A DNA stretch of 29,256 bases from IMG/VR virus record IMGVR_UViG_3300023105_000131, positions 1 through 29,256 of that record; one strand, 5' to 3'. A program made the translations under genes and the position numbers. Positions 8,626 through 17,038 of this stretch are shown piece after piece. This stretch comes from a virus. Lineage: Duplodnaviria; Caudoviricetes. Every line of letters starts with the position of its first letter. The stretch's first letter is position 1. Under the pieces are notes generated by a model, which searched no databases, had not been told where the DNA came from, and worked only from the letters and a program-made list of their open reading frames with translations.

Positions 8626-11313
8626 TTAAACACGTTTTCTTCTGCGTATTCTTCTGCGTGGGTATGCTACACCTGACCTCGGACGACCTCTATGCTGTTT
8701 TGGCCATCTAGGTCTATTTTCATTTGTAGAGCTTGGCATCCATAATATTAAGTTTGCAGAACCTTCTAAACTATTAGCAAAGTCAAATGTTCCTGGAGGA
8801 TCATCATATATTTGATCCGGTTTGCTGATAACTCGTAACATTTCTCTAGCTTGTCTTTGTGTCATGTCTGGATATTCTTCAAGCATACATGCAAGTATAC
8901 CACAAACCTGTGGGCCACTCATACTAGTACCACTTACTTTAGCATAGTAGTTACCGCCGCCTCGATCTGCTTTAGATCTACTTGATAAAGATGGCATCGA
9001 ACTTTGAATATAATGTCCTGCTGCATATATGTCAACATTTTCTCCAAAATTACTAAAATAAACTCTTTGCTCTTTATCATTCAAATGTGTATTATCTAAT
9101 GCGCCAACACAAATAACAGCACTGTCTGTACCATTACCTGCACCCGCAGGTGATTGTGGTCTATGATAGTAAGAATTACTTCCGCCAGTTGTTGTTATAT
9201 AGTTATTATAATATGGGTGATCTGAGCTATACATTGGCACACGACCGTTGCCTGCACTAGCTACTACAATAACGCCGTCTGCTATTGCATCAACAATATC
9301 TGCATCAGTAGAAAGGTTAGTAGCAGTGTGTCTACCACCAGTGTTATAACCAAAACTTTGTAATTCAGCATTTGTAAATGTAGTTCCTCCGCCTGAAATA
9401 GTTTTGGCTCCATTTTGTTCCCAATTTATTTCATATTCATTAGGTGAATTTTCGAAAAATGTTAATTCCCAACGCATATTTGGCGATTCAGGAGTATTAA
9501 TATAATAACGATCATGACCTTCCCATACAACCCTATATTCTCTATTAGGAGTAATTCCTGAAACTCCGTGCCAGATACTATAACCTCGTCTATCTCTGGC
9601 GCCTATCATAATTTTAGGTAACAGCGGGTTGGATGCAGACACGTTATATGTACTAGAACCACTACCAAATGTAACATAGCTGTTAGTTCCAACATGTATT
9701 GTATTGTATGTAACACCTAAATACTGAATGTCAAATGGTAAATTTAATGTCCAATATCCGTCATCATTATTACCTGATGTTGGTGAACTGTCTGCGGTTA
9801 ATCCTGTTATGTTAATTGCTGTGTGAGGAAGAGTTATTACTGAACCAGATGCGTTAGGATCTGCTGCTGGATTATCTTCTGTAAATTCTTCAAACTCATC
9901 GTTTCCTAAATCTGCATTAAAATCGCTAAAGAACTGTCCTCGCTCACCTGTTGTAACAGTCCATGCAACATCAAATGTAAATTCATCACCGTCTGCAGGA
10001 TATGTTTCTACAATATATCTAATTGTAACGTTACCTGTTGGACCAAAGAAACTAAATCCAAAACCACCAGTTAGTTCAAAATCAATCTCTGGACCTCTAA
10101 CTGTTGTAGCAATACTTGCACCGTTGTTAACAATACGTCTAATAATCATATAACTATCTTCACTGTTACAACTTGCAACAATTCTACTATTCTGTCTAAC
10201 ATCACATGGTGTTAGTACTGTAATCTCATAGTTGTCTGCTGGATCAGTTTGCGTAAAGCTAAATGTTTGGTTTACAATTTTATCCCATTCGTCTGGCCAT
10301 GCTACCATTCTATCAGTAACACTGGTTGCAGTACCTGTAGTTGTAAATCTATTTTTACTATTTTCTGGATCACCTACTCTAGCTACAATTTGTCCTGTAG
10401 TGCTGTATGCACCGTAAAATCCATTATACTCAGTATCTTGAGTACCACCAGGTGTATGTGTTGTACCATCAAATGTAATAGATGCAATGCTAGATGCTGA
10501 AGTAGCACTACGACTATAACCCCAACTGTTGTTTACGATAGTTGGATTTTTATATCCAGTATCAGGATTAATCGGCTTATTATTATGAAATTCTCTTATG
10601 TAGTCAAATGCTAGAGAAGGAGAAATACTGTTGTTTGCATCATTGCCGCTAAAATTTAATGCAAAGAAATAAATGTTTGCATCCTTTGCCCAACCTTCTT
10701 CACGCCCTGCTACTGTTCCTGCACAGTGAATATTATGAAAGTTACTACTTGTACCACGCTGGGCATATGTTCTTCCAACGTGTGAACTATCACCAACTGC
10801 AGAGGCATGTTGCCACCAGTTGTAATCTACAACTCTGCTAACACCATTACCATCTAAAAATTCTCTATGATTTGGTTCCCATGCTTGGTCATCTAAGATT
10901 ACAACGTCAACATTTCTTCCTGTGTATTGATAGTTAATTGTACCATTGATAGTATCAGATGCGCTATCAAAATTGTTATTGTTTTCCCCAGCAATGTGTC
11001 TCCATAATCCCCATTGGTTATGGTTTGCATTTAAACTTGAACTTCTTGAAAACTGTCCTGTTTGTGTAAACATTCTTTCCGGTGGACTATCATCTACTAT
11101 TTCTACAAATTGTACTCTTGCATCGTTTACAACTTCTAAGGCTTCTTGTGGTGTTAACATATAATGTGTAACTCGACTTTTAGGTTTTCTCAATTCAACA
11201 TCTACTGCTCTGTCTGGAATAGTAACAGAGCCGCCGTCTGTTTCCATATCGTTATAAAAGTCGTCTAAGTCTTCGTAGTTGTGTAATACAACAGCATATT
11301 TGTGTAAGTTCAT
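8626..11313 (-). CDS. Subtilisin-like serine protease (peptidase S8) with a large internal insertion
   Basis: Catalytic motifs in order: VDVVILDD (Asp), HNIHCAGTVAG (His), VVASAGNG (oxyanion Asn), SGTSMSGPQVCG (Ser); also FSNFGENVDIYAAG. Confidence 0.9.
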   Translation of the reverse strand: MNLHKYAVVLHNYEDLDDFYNDMETDGGSVTIPDRAVDVELRKPKSRVTHYMLTPQEALEVVNDARVQFVEIVDDSPPERMFTQTGQFSRSSSLNANHNQWGLWRHIAGENNNNFDSASDTINGTINYQYTGRNVDVVILDDQAWEPNHREFLDGNGVSRVVDYNWWQHASAVGDSSHVGRTYAQRGTSSNFHNIHCAGTVAGREEGWAKDANIYFFALNFSGNDANNSISPSLAFDYIREFHNNKPINPDTGYKNPTIVNNSWGYSRSATSASSIASITFDGTTHTPGGTQDTEYNGFYGAYSTTGQIVARVGDPENSKNRFTTTGTATSVTDRMVAWPDEWDKIVNQTFSFTQTDPADNYEITVLTPCDVRQNSRIVASCNSEDSYMIIRRIVNNGASIATTVRGPEIDFELTGGFGFSFFGPTGNVTIRYIVETYPADGDEFTFDVAWTVTTGERGQFFSDFNADLGNDEFEEFTEDNPAADPNASGSVITLPHTAINITGLTADSSPTSGNNDDGYWTLNLPFDIQYLGVTYNTIHVGTNSYVTFGSGSSTYNVSASNPLLPKIMIGARDRRGYSIWHGVSGITPNREYRVVWEGHDRYYINTPESPNMRWELTFFENSPNEYEINWEQNGAKTISGGGTTFTNAELQSFGYNTGGRHTATNLSTDADIVDAIADGVIVVASAGNGRVPMYSSDHPYYNNYITTTGGSNSYYHRPQSPAGAGNGTDSAVICVGALDNTHLNDKEQRVYFSNFGENVDIYAAGHYIQSSMPSLSSRSKADRGGGNYYAKVSGTSMSGPQVCGILACMLEEYPDMTQRQAREMLRVISKPDQIYDDPPGTFDFANSLEGSANLILWMPSSTNENRPRWPKQHRGRPRSGVAYPRRRIRRRKRV

Positions 11314-11314
11314 T

Positions 11315-11860
11315 TTATGTTTCCAATGGTAAAATTAATAGTGTTGTTGTTATTGTATTTGTGCTGCCTGATTTGTTAGTTACTGCCAAATAAATTGTAT
11401 CTGTTACAGGATTTTCATCGTTCCAGCCAACACTTGACGGTGTAAATTTAACAGTAGTTGCACCAGTTGTAATAATTTCAGCGTGTACGCCAGCATCTGG
11501 ATCTGGGTCAACACCTTCAGAACGTCCGCTGTCGTTTGTTCTTGCTGCAGCACTGCTATAAACTCTAACCCATGCTGCTTGGTCTACTTCAATTGATAAC
11601 ACACTGTATGCTTTTGCTGCACTTGTGATATCAACATCGTCCGATGCTGCATTTGCAATACTAGCAGTTGTACCGCTTACAGTTGTACGTGGGGCTGTGC
11701 CTCCACCACCACCGCCAGAACCTGTAACTTCGTTACCGCCCGCAGTGGCGCCATCTCCTACATACACTTTCTTAGTGTCTGTTGTGTAGATTAATTCGCC
11801 TTCAGCAGGAGTAATTCCTGATCTGTCTGCGTCTACACCTCTTCTTAATAATAAAGCCAT
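11315..11860 (-). CDS. Small virion/fibre protein with an Mtd_N-like N-terminal domain (probable start 11860)
   Basis: MALLLRRG..ADRSGITPAEGELIYTTDTKKVYVGDG..GG is typical of fibre N-termini. A GGAG SD precedes the ATG at 11860; the track start at 11908 overlaps the upstream gene and the promoter. Confidence 0.7.
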   Translation of the reverse strand: MALLLRRGVDADRSGITPAEGELIYTTDTKKVYVGDGATAGGNEVTGSGGGGGGTAPRTTVSGTTASIANAASDDVDITSAAKAYSVLSIEVDQAAWVRVYSSAAARTNDSGRSEGVDPDPDAGVHAEIITTGATTVKFTPSSVGWNDENPVTDTIYLAVTNKSGSTNTITTTLLILPLET

Positions 11861-11885
11861 TTTTTTCTCCAAAGAGTTATTAATA

Positions 11886-11893
11886 TATTTATA
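11886..11893 (-). promoter_or_regulatory. T4 late promoter TATAAATA (perfect consensus)
   Basis: Plus-strand TATTTATA at 11886-11893, overlapping the stop codon of the upstream gene. Confidence 0.7.
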
Positions 11894-12494
11894 TTGATCC
11901 CATATCAATCGTTAGTGCATTAGGTGCAGCATATGATCCCATGTCAATATCTGATCCGAGAGATAATAGATATCCGGTTGCACTTGTGTGGTAGTTTGTA
12001 TTATAATAACCAAAGTCAAAAGAACTAATACCAGAAGTGCTGCCAGTACCATTTAAATTAACCCATTCTCTTGTAGCAAGAGTTCCGTCTTCGTCTGGTA
12101 AAATTACATTTCTGTCTGCAGTTGCAGCAAGTGCTTGTAATTTAATTTCGTAATCATCTGGTACAGTACCTTCAAAAATTAACTTAGTTTGTTGTTTAAT
12201 CCAAATGTTTCCTGTAGGATATAATGCAATGTCAGCACCGCTATGTATGTCTAGATCATCACCACTAACACTGTTAACTTTACTTGTAAAAACTTCACGC
12301 CATGATTTTGTAGATGTACCTATGTCGTAAGTAGCATTAACATCTGGAACAATATTGCTAGTAATGTCTGCTGTTAAACTAATACTATCAGTGTCAGCAT
12401 CACCTAGTATCACATTACCATTTGCTGTAACATTTCCTGAGAGTGTAATATTACCAGTAACATCCAAATCTTGTTTAAATTTTGTCGAACTCAT
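11889..12494 (-). CDS. Virion structural protein (201 aa) sharing the GDADTD...PD...YDIG...W module with the large fibre genes
   Basis: ILGDADTDSISLTADITSNIVPDVNATYDIGTSTKSWREVF; TADRNVILPDEDGTLAT; GGAG SD; own late promoter. Confidence 0.7.
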   Translation of the reverse strand: MSSTKFKQDLDVTGNITLSGNVTANGNVILGDADTDSISLTADITSNIVPDVNATYDIGTSTKSWREVFTSKVNSVSGDDLDIHSGADIALYPTGNIWIKQQTKLIFEGTVPDDYEIKLQALAATADRNVILPDEDGTLATREWVNLNGTGSTSGISSFDFGYYNTNYHTSATGYLLSLGSDIDMGSYAAPNALTIDMGSI

Positions 12495-12515
12495 ATCTTA
12501 TCTCCGTACTAAAAG

Positions 12516-12522
12516 TATTTAT
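12516..12522 (-). promoter_or_regulatory. T4-type late promoter ATAAATA
   Basis: GCGATAAATACT on the minus strand, directly after a terminator and upstream of the ATG at 12494. Confidence 0.7.
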
Positions 12523-12534
12523 CGCATAGAGATA

Positions 12535-12563
12535 AAAAAAGCTAGCACAAGGCTAGCTCTTTT
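12535..12563 (-). terminator. Intrinsic terminator closing the non-coding unit
   Basis: Minus strand AGCTAGC-CTTGT-GCTAGCT followed by a T tract. Confidence 0.75.
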
Positions 12564-12590
12564 GTAGTCATCAATTTGAAAGGAAAAGCA

Positions 12591-12697
12591 ATTATAGTGT
12601 TTTAGTATACACACTCACTTGATAGCCTCTCGGCCCTTGTCCTATGCACAGGAAAGCAGGTGCATCTACTCTGGCGTGTATACTAAAACACTATAAT
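12591..12697. repeat. Perfect 22-bp inverted repeat (12591-12612 / 12676-12697) around a 63-nt structured spacer
   Basis: ATTATAGTGTTTTAGTATACAC and its exact reverse complement GTGTATACTAAAACACTATAAT. Confidence 0.95.
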
Positions 12698-12912
12698 ATA
12701 TGATAGGAGGGACTCGAGAATACCCTCAACCTAGGTTTACAGTCTCGCTGTCTAATACCCAGGAGCCTAGCATTGGATAGTTACTTCCAAAATACGCATC
12801 TTCATGTCTCCATGCTCATGCGCTGCTACTACAGCTACTAGCCAAGTTCGGAGCCTGTCTACTCCTCTTCCTTGCACTATCTAACTCGGACCGTCGTCTC
12901 TGTTATGTTTAT

Positions 12913-12941
12913 AATATAGTATATACAGAAACAAATGTCAA
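12913..12941 (-). promoter_or_regulatory. Sigma70-type promoter TTGACA-N17-TATATT with an A-rich UP-like region
   Basis: -35 at 12941-12936, -10 at 12918-12913, 17-nt spacer; predicted start near 12906; no ORF follows. Confidence 0.75.
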
Positions 12942-12963
12942 CACTTTTTTTAAAAAAAGTCAC

Positions 12964-12990
12964 AAAAAAAGGCACCGAAGTGCCTTTTTT
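12964..12990 (-). terminator. Intrinsic terminator of the major capsid gene with a C(UUCG)G tetraloop
   Basis: Minus strand AAAAAAGGCAC-TTCG-GTGCC-TTTTTTT, 20 nt after the capsid stop codon; potentially bidirectional. Confidence 0.9.
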
Positions 12991-13009
12991 CTTATTGTGT
13001 GAAAACCTA

Positions 13010-14170
13010 TTACTGGAATGATAGGTTGTTTGTTGTAACAGCAATTTTACTTAGGTAATCTGCTGCGTTACCTAGCGATGATGCTTGGTTGCTTAGTTCA
13101 ACATAACCATAACGTGTCATGAAGCTAACAACTGGCTCGAATGTCGCTGGGTCTAGTACTGTACCGCTTGACATTAGTGGGATGTATGGGCAATAGAACG
13201 CTGCTGCGTCTGTTTCTGTTGAACCCTTGTAACCTACTAGGATGTCGTCGTTTGCTGCGTACTGGTTTACATAAACACGCATAGTACCGTTTAGTGTACC
13301 TACGAATTTTGTGTTTGTTGGTGCCTCGAAAGGACCTTCAGTTGTACGTGCAAATGCGCTTGTTGTTGCTGACTGTAGAACAGTTAGAACGTCTGGGCTT
13401 ACAACTGCCCAGTTACCTGCGCCACGGCGTGTACGTGCTGCAATTGTGTTTGCATTTTTGTTGATTAGAACTGCTAGTGCTGCATGTTCGTCACCAACGA
13501 AAGTAGCTGTACCACTTACACCTGCTTGGTTGTATGTGTCAGCTGCTGCGCCTGCTAGACTTGTTAGAGATGCAATGATCTCTTGGTCGATTTCAGCAGT
13601 AATTTCTTGTGCAAGTGCTTGCATAATTTCTGCTTCGACGTCTAGGCCGTGCATTGAGTTAGCGTCTTGCGCTGCTTCAAATGTCCAACGTGCTGATAGC
13701 TTACGTGTTTTAGCTTCAACAGTTTGCTTTAGGACTTGAATACTCATTTTCTTACCTGCTTCACCTTCTAGTGTTGCAGTTGCATCCGCTCTGTTTGTTG
13801 TTGCGTTACCTGAGTAACCTGTTGCAATTGCGAATGGGCTTAGTGCTTCATCACCTGCAGTTGCGCTGTCAAATGTTTCAGCGTAACGTACACGTAGTGT
13901 GTGAATCTGACCAACTGGGCCTGTCATAGGCTGTACACCAACGATCTCGTTAGCAATAACAGTTGGCATTACACGGCGAATAACTGGAAGAATCACTTTG
14001 TTAAGTGTTGCAACGTTGCCTGCTTGAGTTGCACCAGCACTTGCACTTTCTGACAAGTAACGCTTAGTGTTTTCAAGTGTTGTTTCCATCACTTTTTTCT
14101 TTGTTCCAGTTAGACCGTCTGTTAGGGCTGTTTTAGTTTCTGCCCAATTTTCCATTAGGTTGTCTGCCAT
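13010..14170 (-). CDS. gp23: Major capsid protein, T4 gp23-like
   Basis: LPVIRRVMPTVIANEIVGVQPMTGPVGQIHTLRVRY; VEAKTRKLSARWTFEAAQD...HGLDVEAE; AFYCPYIPL; F.PVVSFMTRYG; follows the scaffold and protease genes. Confidence 0.95.
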   Translation of the reverse strand: MADNLMENWAETKTALTDGLTGTKKKVMETTLENTKRYLSESASAGATQAGNVATLNKVILPVIRRVMPTVIANEIVGVQPMTGPVGQIHTLRVRYAETFDSATAGDEALSPFAIATGYSGNATTNRADATATLEGEAGKKMSIQVLKQTVEAKTRKLSARWTFEAAQDANSMHGLDVEAEIMQALAQEITAEIDQEIIASLTSLAGAAADTYNQAGVSGTATFVGDEHAALAVLINKNANTIAARTRRGAGNWAVVSPDVLTVLQSATTSAFARTTEGPFEAPTNTKFVGTLNGTMRVYVNQYAANDDILVGYKGSTETDAAAFYCPYIPLMSSGTVLDPATFEPVVSFMTRYGYVELSNQASSLGNAADYLSKIAVTTNNLSFQ

Positions 14171-14181
14171 TTTCGGTCTCC

Positions 14182-15273
14182 TTAACTTATACCGGCTAAT
14201 TTGCGAAGGTTAACAATGTTAGTATCTACCGCAGCTTCTGCTTCAGTTGATTTTCCACCAGTGACTTCTTTTGTAGATTCACTTAGCACCTTCTTAGTTT
14301 GAGGTTTAGCATCTTCCTTCAATACTGACGGTAGATACTTATTGAATGCATTTTGTAGATCTGCTGTTTTAGTAGATTCTAGTAGTGCACCCATAATCTC
14401 TTTTTGTTGTTTTGAAAGCGGTGCCATCATTTCATTCATGACTAGCTTGCGCTCTGCTTTATCTTCAGCAACACGTGCTTTACGTGTTGATTCAGTTAGC
14501 TGAACTTCTTTCTCCACTACGGCTTTGTTTGCTTCATCAAGCTGTGACTTTAGTTCGTCCATTGCTTTGTTCATTTTAGCAACTTCAGTACCTTCATTAA
14601 GGTAGCTGCTCATGAACTCTGCTGCAAATGTTTCAAAGATTTTACGTCCAAATGTGTTTTCTTTTGCCACTTGGATGTCTTCTCTTAGTGTTGTTAGTTC
14701 GTTCTTGATTGTTGATTCTAGAACTTTTTCAACTTTAGTTGCAGCACCTTCAATGAACTTACGTTTAGTCTGCTCAATGACTTCTTTGCCTTCTTTGATC
14801 ATTTTGACTTTTGCTTCAACTAGTGAGCGTTTGTCTTCATGAAACTCGTTGAGCTCTTTAGTAAGTTGTTCAAGTACAAAGCCTTCTAATTCGGCCATGT
14901 TCTTGTCTTGTGCCTCACGGTCTTCGCGAAGTTCATTAATTTCTTTGCGAAGTGTTTCCATCACAAACTCATCAAGAACACCTGCATGTTCTTTCATATG
15001 CTTACGATATTCAACACGATCTTCTGCTACTTTGGCTTTGTCTGCTTGGAACTCTTCAAGTTCTTTTGCAATAACTTCGCCAATCATTGTGTCCATTGCT
15101 TCTACGATTTGCGCTTTGTCATTTTCATAACGTTCCGCAAATTCTTCACGTAGTTCTGCTGCAACTTCTTCACGTAGTTCAGTTTGCTTGGTTTCCCACG
15201 CTTCACTGATAGAAGATCTAACCTCTTCGGAGAGCGCACCTGAGCTTAATAGTTCATCAATTGAGTGAGCCAT
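14182..15273 (-). CDS. gp22: Prohead core scaffolding protein, gp22-like
   Basis: E/K-rich predicted coiled coil, FGRKIFETFAAEF, several L-X-E sites; lies between the protease and capsid genes. Confidence 0.8.
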   Translation of the reverse strand: MAHSIDELLSSGALSEEVRSSISEAWETKQTELREEVAAELREEFAERYENDKAQIVEAMDTMIGEVIAKELEEFQADKAKVAEDRVEYRKHMKEHAGVLDEFVMETLRKEINELREDREAQDKNMAELEGFVLEQLTKELNEFHEDKRSLVEAKVKMIKEGKEVIEQTKRKFIEGAATKVEKVLESTIKNELTTLREDIQVAKENTFGRKIFETFAAEFMSSYLNEGTEVAKMNKAMDELKSQLDEANKAVVEKEVQLTESTRKARVAEDKAERKLVMNEMMAPLSKQQKEIMGALLESTKTADLQNAFNKYLPSVLKEDAKPQTKKVLSESTKEVTGGKSTEAEAAVDTNIVNLRKLAGIS

Positions 15274-15274
15274 A

Positions 15275-15916
15275 TTAATCTCTCCTATACTTCAGGTTGT
15301 TTATAAAGTTTGTCACCTCTTCCTGGAGATAACGTTGTGCTCTGTCGTCGTGCTTAACAGCCGAAGCAACATCCATCAGTACATTACCCCTTCTATGATT
15401 CATAATTCTTTCATAGATTGGATCGGGATAAGCATCTGGAGCACTTGGATTGGCAACAATGTCTACAGTAATAATCTCAAAATCTTTGACTTTACCGCTT
15501 TCATTTACATTGCCACTGCCTCTGCTTGACACGCCTAGTTTAACACCACTCTCCAGTAGGGTTTTACAAATGTTTCCCATTGGAGTTGGTAATATTTTAA
15601 GTTTGCCGATACCATTGGCACCATCAATATCCATTTCAGTGATCATGTGACTTACACGATCCAAATTGATATTAAGGTCGTCTGGGTGATCAGCTTCACC
15701 TAATACTGAAAATCCTTTTTTGATTTTTTCATTTAGCGTTTTAACTGCATTATGAATTTCATCTTTAGGATAAACTCTACCATTTTGGTTTTGTACATCG
15801 CCTTCAATAAAGATACCTTTCATATACAGGCTTTTGCCACCGCTAGCTTCTTCGATAGCTTCGGTGACAATGTTTGCCTGACTATATGTTAAGTGCTCTT
15901 GTAATGACTTGTACAT
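15275..15916 (-). CDS. gp21: Prohead core protein protease, gp21-like
   Basis: LYMKGIFIEGDVQNQNGRVYP; LGEADHP; KILPTPMG; LGVSSRGSG; DIVANPSAPDAY. Confidence 0.93.
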   Translation of the reverse strand: MYKSLQEHLTYSQANIVTEAIEEASGGKSLYMKGIFIEGDVQNQNGRVYPKDEIHNAVKTLNEKIKKGFSVLGEADHPDDLNINLDRVSHMITEMDIDGANGIGKLKILPTPMGNICKTLLESGVKLGVSSRGSGNVNESGKVKDFEIITVDIVANPSAPDAYPDPIYERIMNHRRGNVLMDVASAVKHDDRAQRYLQEEVTNFINNLKYRRD

Positions 15917-15919
15917 AAC

Positions 15920-16687
15920 TTATTTCATTTCTCTTTTTGGTGCCGGTGCTGGCTTTGGGTCGCCTGCTTCTTGTGGACCTGTTACACCCATGTCTTTAGC
16001 TGCAGGTGCTGCTGCACTTGATTCTTCAGCTGTATCTGTTGGATGTGGTTTGCCCATGTCGTTGCCTGCATTGTTTACCGGTGAACCTTTGCTGTCGCTA
16101 CCATCTGTGTGGCTTACGCTAACTGCTTTTAGTTCTGCACCTTCTTCAAGACCTTCGACTTCTTCGTCTAGCTCTTCTTCGTCATCTTTTGACTCTAAAG
16201 CAACTTCTTCCATTTCTGGTTCTTCAGCTGGCTCTTCGTCCATAAGATCTGCAAATGCAGCACGTAGTTCTGCAATTGCATCTTCAACATTTGCCATTGC
16301 TTCTTCAGCGTCTGCTTCTTCAGCTTCTTCGCCTTCGTCGTCCATTGACATTTCTAGATCATGCTCGGCTTCTTCTTCACCGTCATGCTCGTCTTCACCA
16401 AAAACTTCTTCGGCTTCGATTTCGTCTTCTGCTGACTCAATGTCATCTAGAAAATCTTCTTCTGCATCATAGTTGTCGATTGCCTCTTCAACTTCAACGT
16501 CATATGTTTCGTCAAGGTCTTCTTCTTGAATATCTTCTTCAACACTCTCATCGCTTTCGCTAAGTGCTGCCCAATGATTTTTTGCTTTCTCAACGAAAAC
16601 ATCGTGTAGAAGATCAGCTGCCTTCTCACGCTCTTCATTTACAAGATACTCAAGGACTTTAACTAGTGAATCTTTGTGATTACTCAT
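15920..16687 (-). CDS. Highly acidic prohead core-like protein
   Basis: Extremely D/E-rich low-complexity sequence; lies between the portal and protease genes, where T4 has gp67/gp68; GGAG SD and its own late promoter. Confidence 0.6.
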   Translation of the reverse strand: MSNHKDSLVKVLEYLVNEEREKAADLLHDVFVEKAKNHWAALSESDESVEEDIQEEDLDETYDVEVEEAIDNYDAEEDFLDDIESAEDEIEAEEVFGEDEHDGEEEAEHDLEMSMDDEGEEAEEADAEEAMANVEDAIAELRAAFADLMDEEPAEEPEMEEVALESKDDEEELDEEVEGLEEGAELKAVSVSHTDGSDSKGSPVNNAGNDMGKPHPTDTAEESSAAAPAAKDMGVTGPQEAGDPKPAPAPKREMK

Positions 16688-16735
16688 CCTTTATCTCCTT
16701 AAAATTCAGGCTTACCGTTATTGGTTTACAAGTAT

Positions 16736-16742
16736 TATTTAT
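16736..16742 (-). promoter_or_regulatory. T4-type late promoter ATAAATA for the head operon
   Basis: GGTAATAAATAATAC on the minus strand upstream of the ATG at 16687. Confidence 0.65.
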
Positions 16743-16762
16743 TACCAATACGTTTTACCATA

Positions 16763-16826
16763 GAAAAAAGGCGTAAAAACTGTACTTTTTGACTAAAAAG
16801 TCAAGATAAGTAGTTTTTACACCCTT
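16763..16826 (-). terminator. Long imperfect hairpin with a U-tract after the portal operon
   Basis: Minus strand GGTGTAAAAACT...TTGACT-TTTT-AGTCAA...AGTTTTTACGCC followed by TTTTTT. Confidence 0.6.
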
Positions 16827-16837
16827 AAAAATGTTTA

Positions 16838-17038
16838 TTATTGTGCTGATCGACGATAAATTTGCTGTACTTTTTCAGTACGGCTAGCATGTTCTACTTT
16901 TTGAACTTCACGTTGTTTACGCAATCTATTAAGATGTTTTAGTGTTAATCTACTACGTCTAACATCATCAATTTTACGATTTTCATACTCGTCATCTTGT
17001 GCATCATAATACTCTACTAAAAATTCGTTACTACGCAT
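16838..17038 (-). CDS. Small hypothetical head-module protein (66 aa; probable start 17038)
   Basis: MRSNEFLVEYYDAQDD...RRSRLTLKHLNRLRK; the ATG overlaps the end of the portal gene and GGAGG lies upstream. Confidence 0.7.
   Translation of the reverse strand: MRSNEFLVEYYDAQDDEYENRKIDDVRRSRLTLKHLNRLRKQREVQKVEHASRTEKVQQIYRRSAQ

Larger units (their letters stand above)
12535..12906 (-). ncRNA. Putative structured non-coding RNA (~370 nt; possibly two domains or two RNAs)
   Basis: Bounded by a sigma70 promoter and a terminator; no ORF of 60 aa or more; higher GC than the flanks; many stems with G-U pairs and GAGA tetraloops on the minus strand; a 22-bp perfect inverted repeat. Confidence 0.7.

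Noticed and set aside
1-11860. Diversity-generating retroelement suggested by Mtd_N-like domains and repeats
   Set aside because: There is no reverse transcriptase in the window, and the repeats are in-frame protein modules with synonymous differences, not an adenine-specific TR/VR pair.
12644-12665. Plus-strand CAGGAAAGCAG resembling the SRP RNA helix 8 motif
   Set aside because: It lacks the stem-GNRA hairpin between CAGG and AGCA, and the promoter, terminator and GNRA loops all point to the minus strand.
12700-12732. tRNA/tmRNA-like 3' end (GAGGG...TCGAGTCCCTC) or group II intron domain VI look-alike
   Set aside because: There is no canonical TTCRA 7-nt T-loop, acceptor stem or CCA, and no domain V with its catalytic triad upstream.
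15909-16563. Plus-strand Ser-rich and Leu/Gln-rich ORFs
   Set aside because: They are the reverse complement of GAA/GAC-rich codons in the acidic core protein gene.
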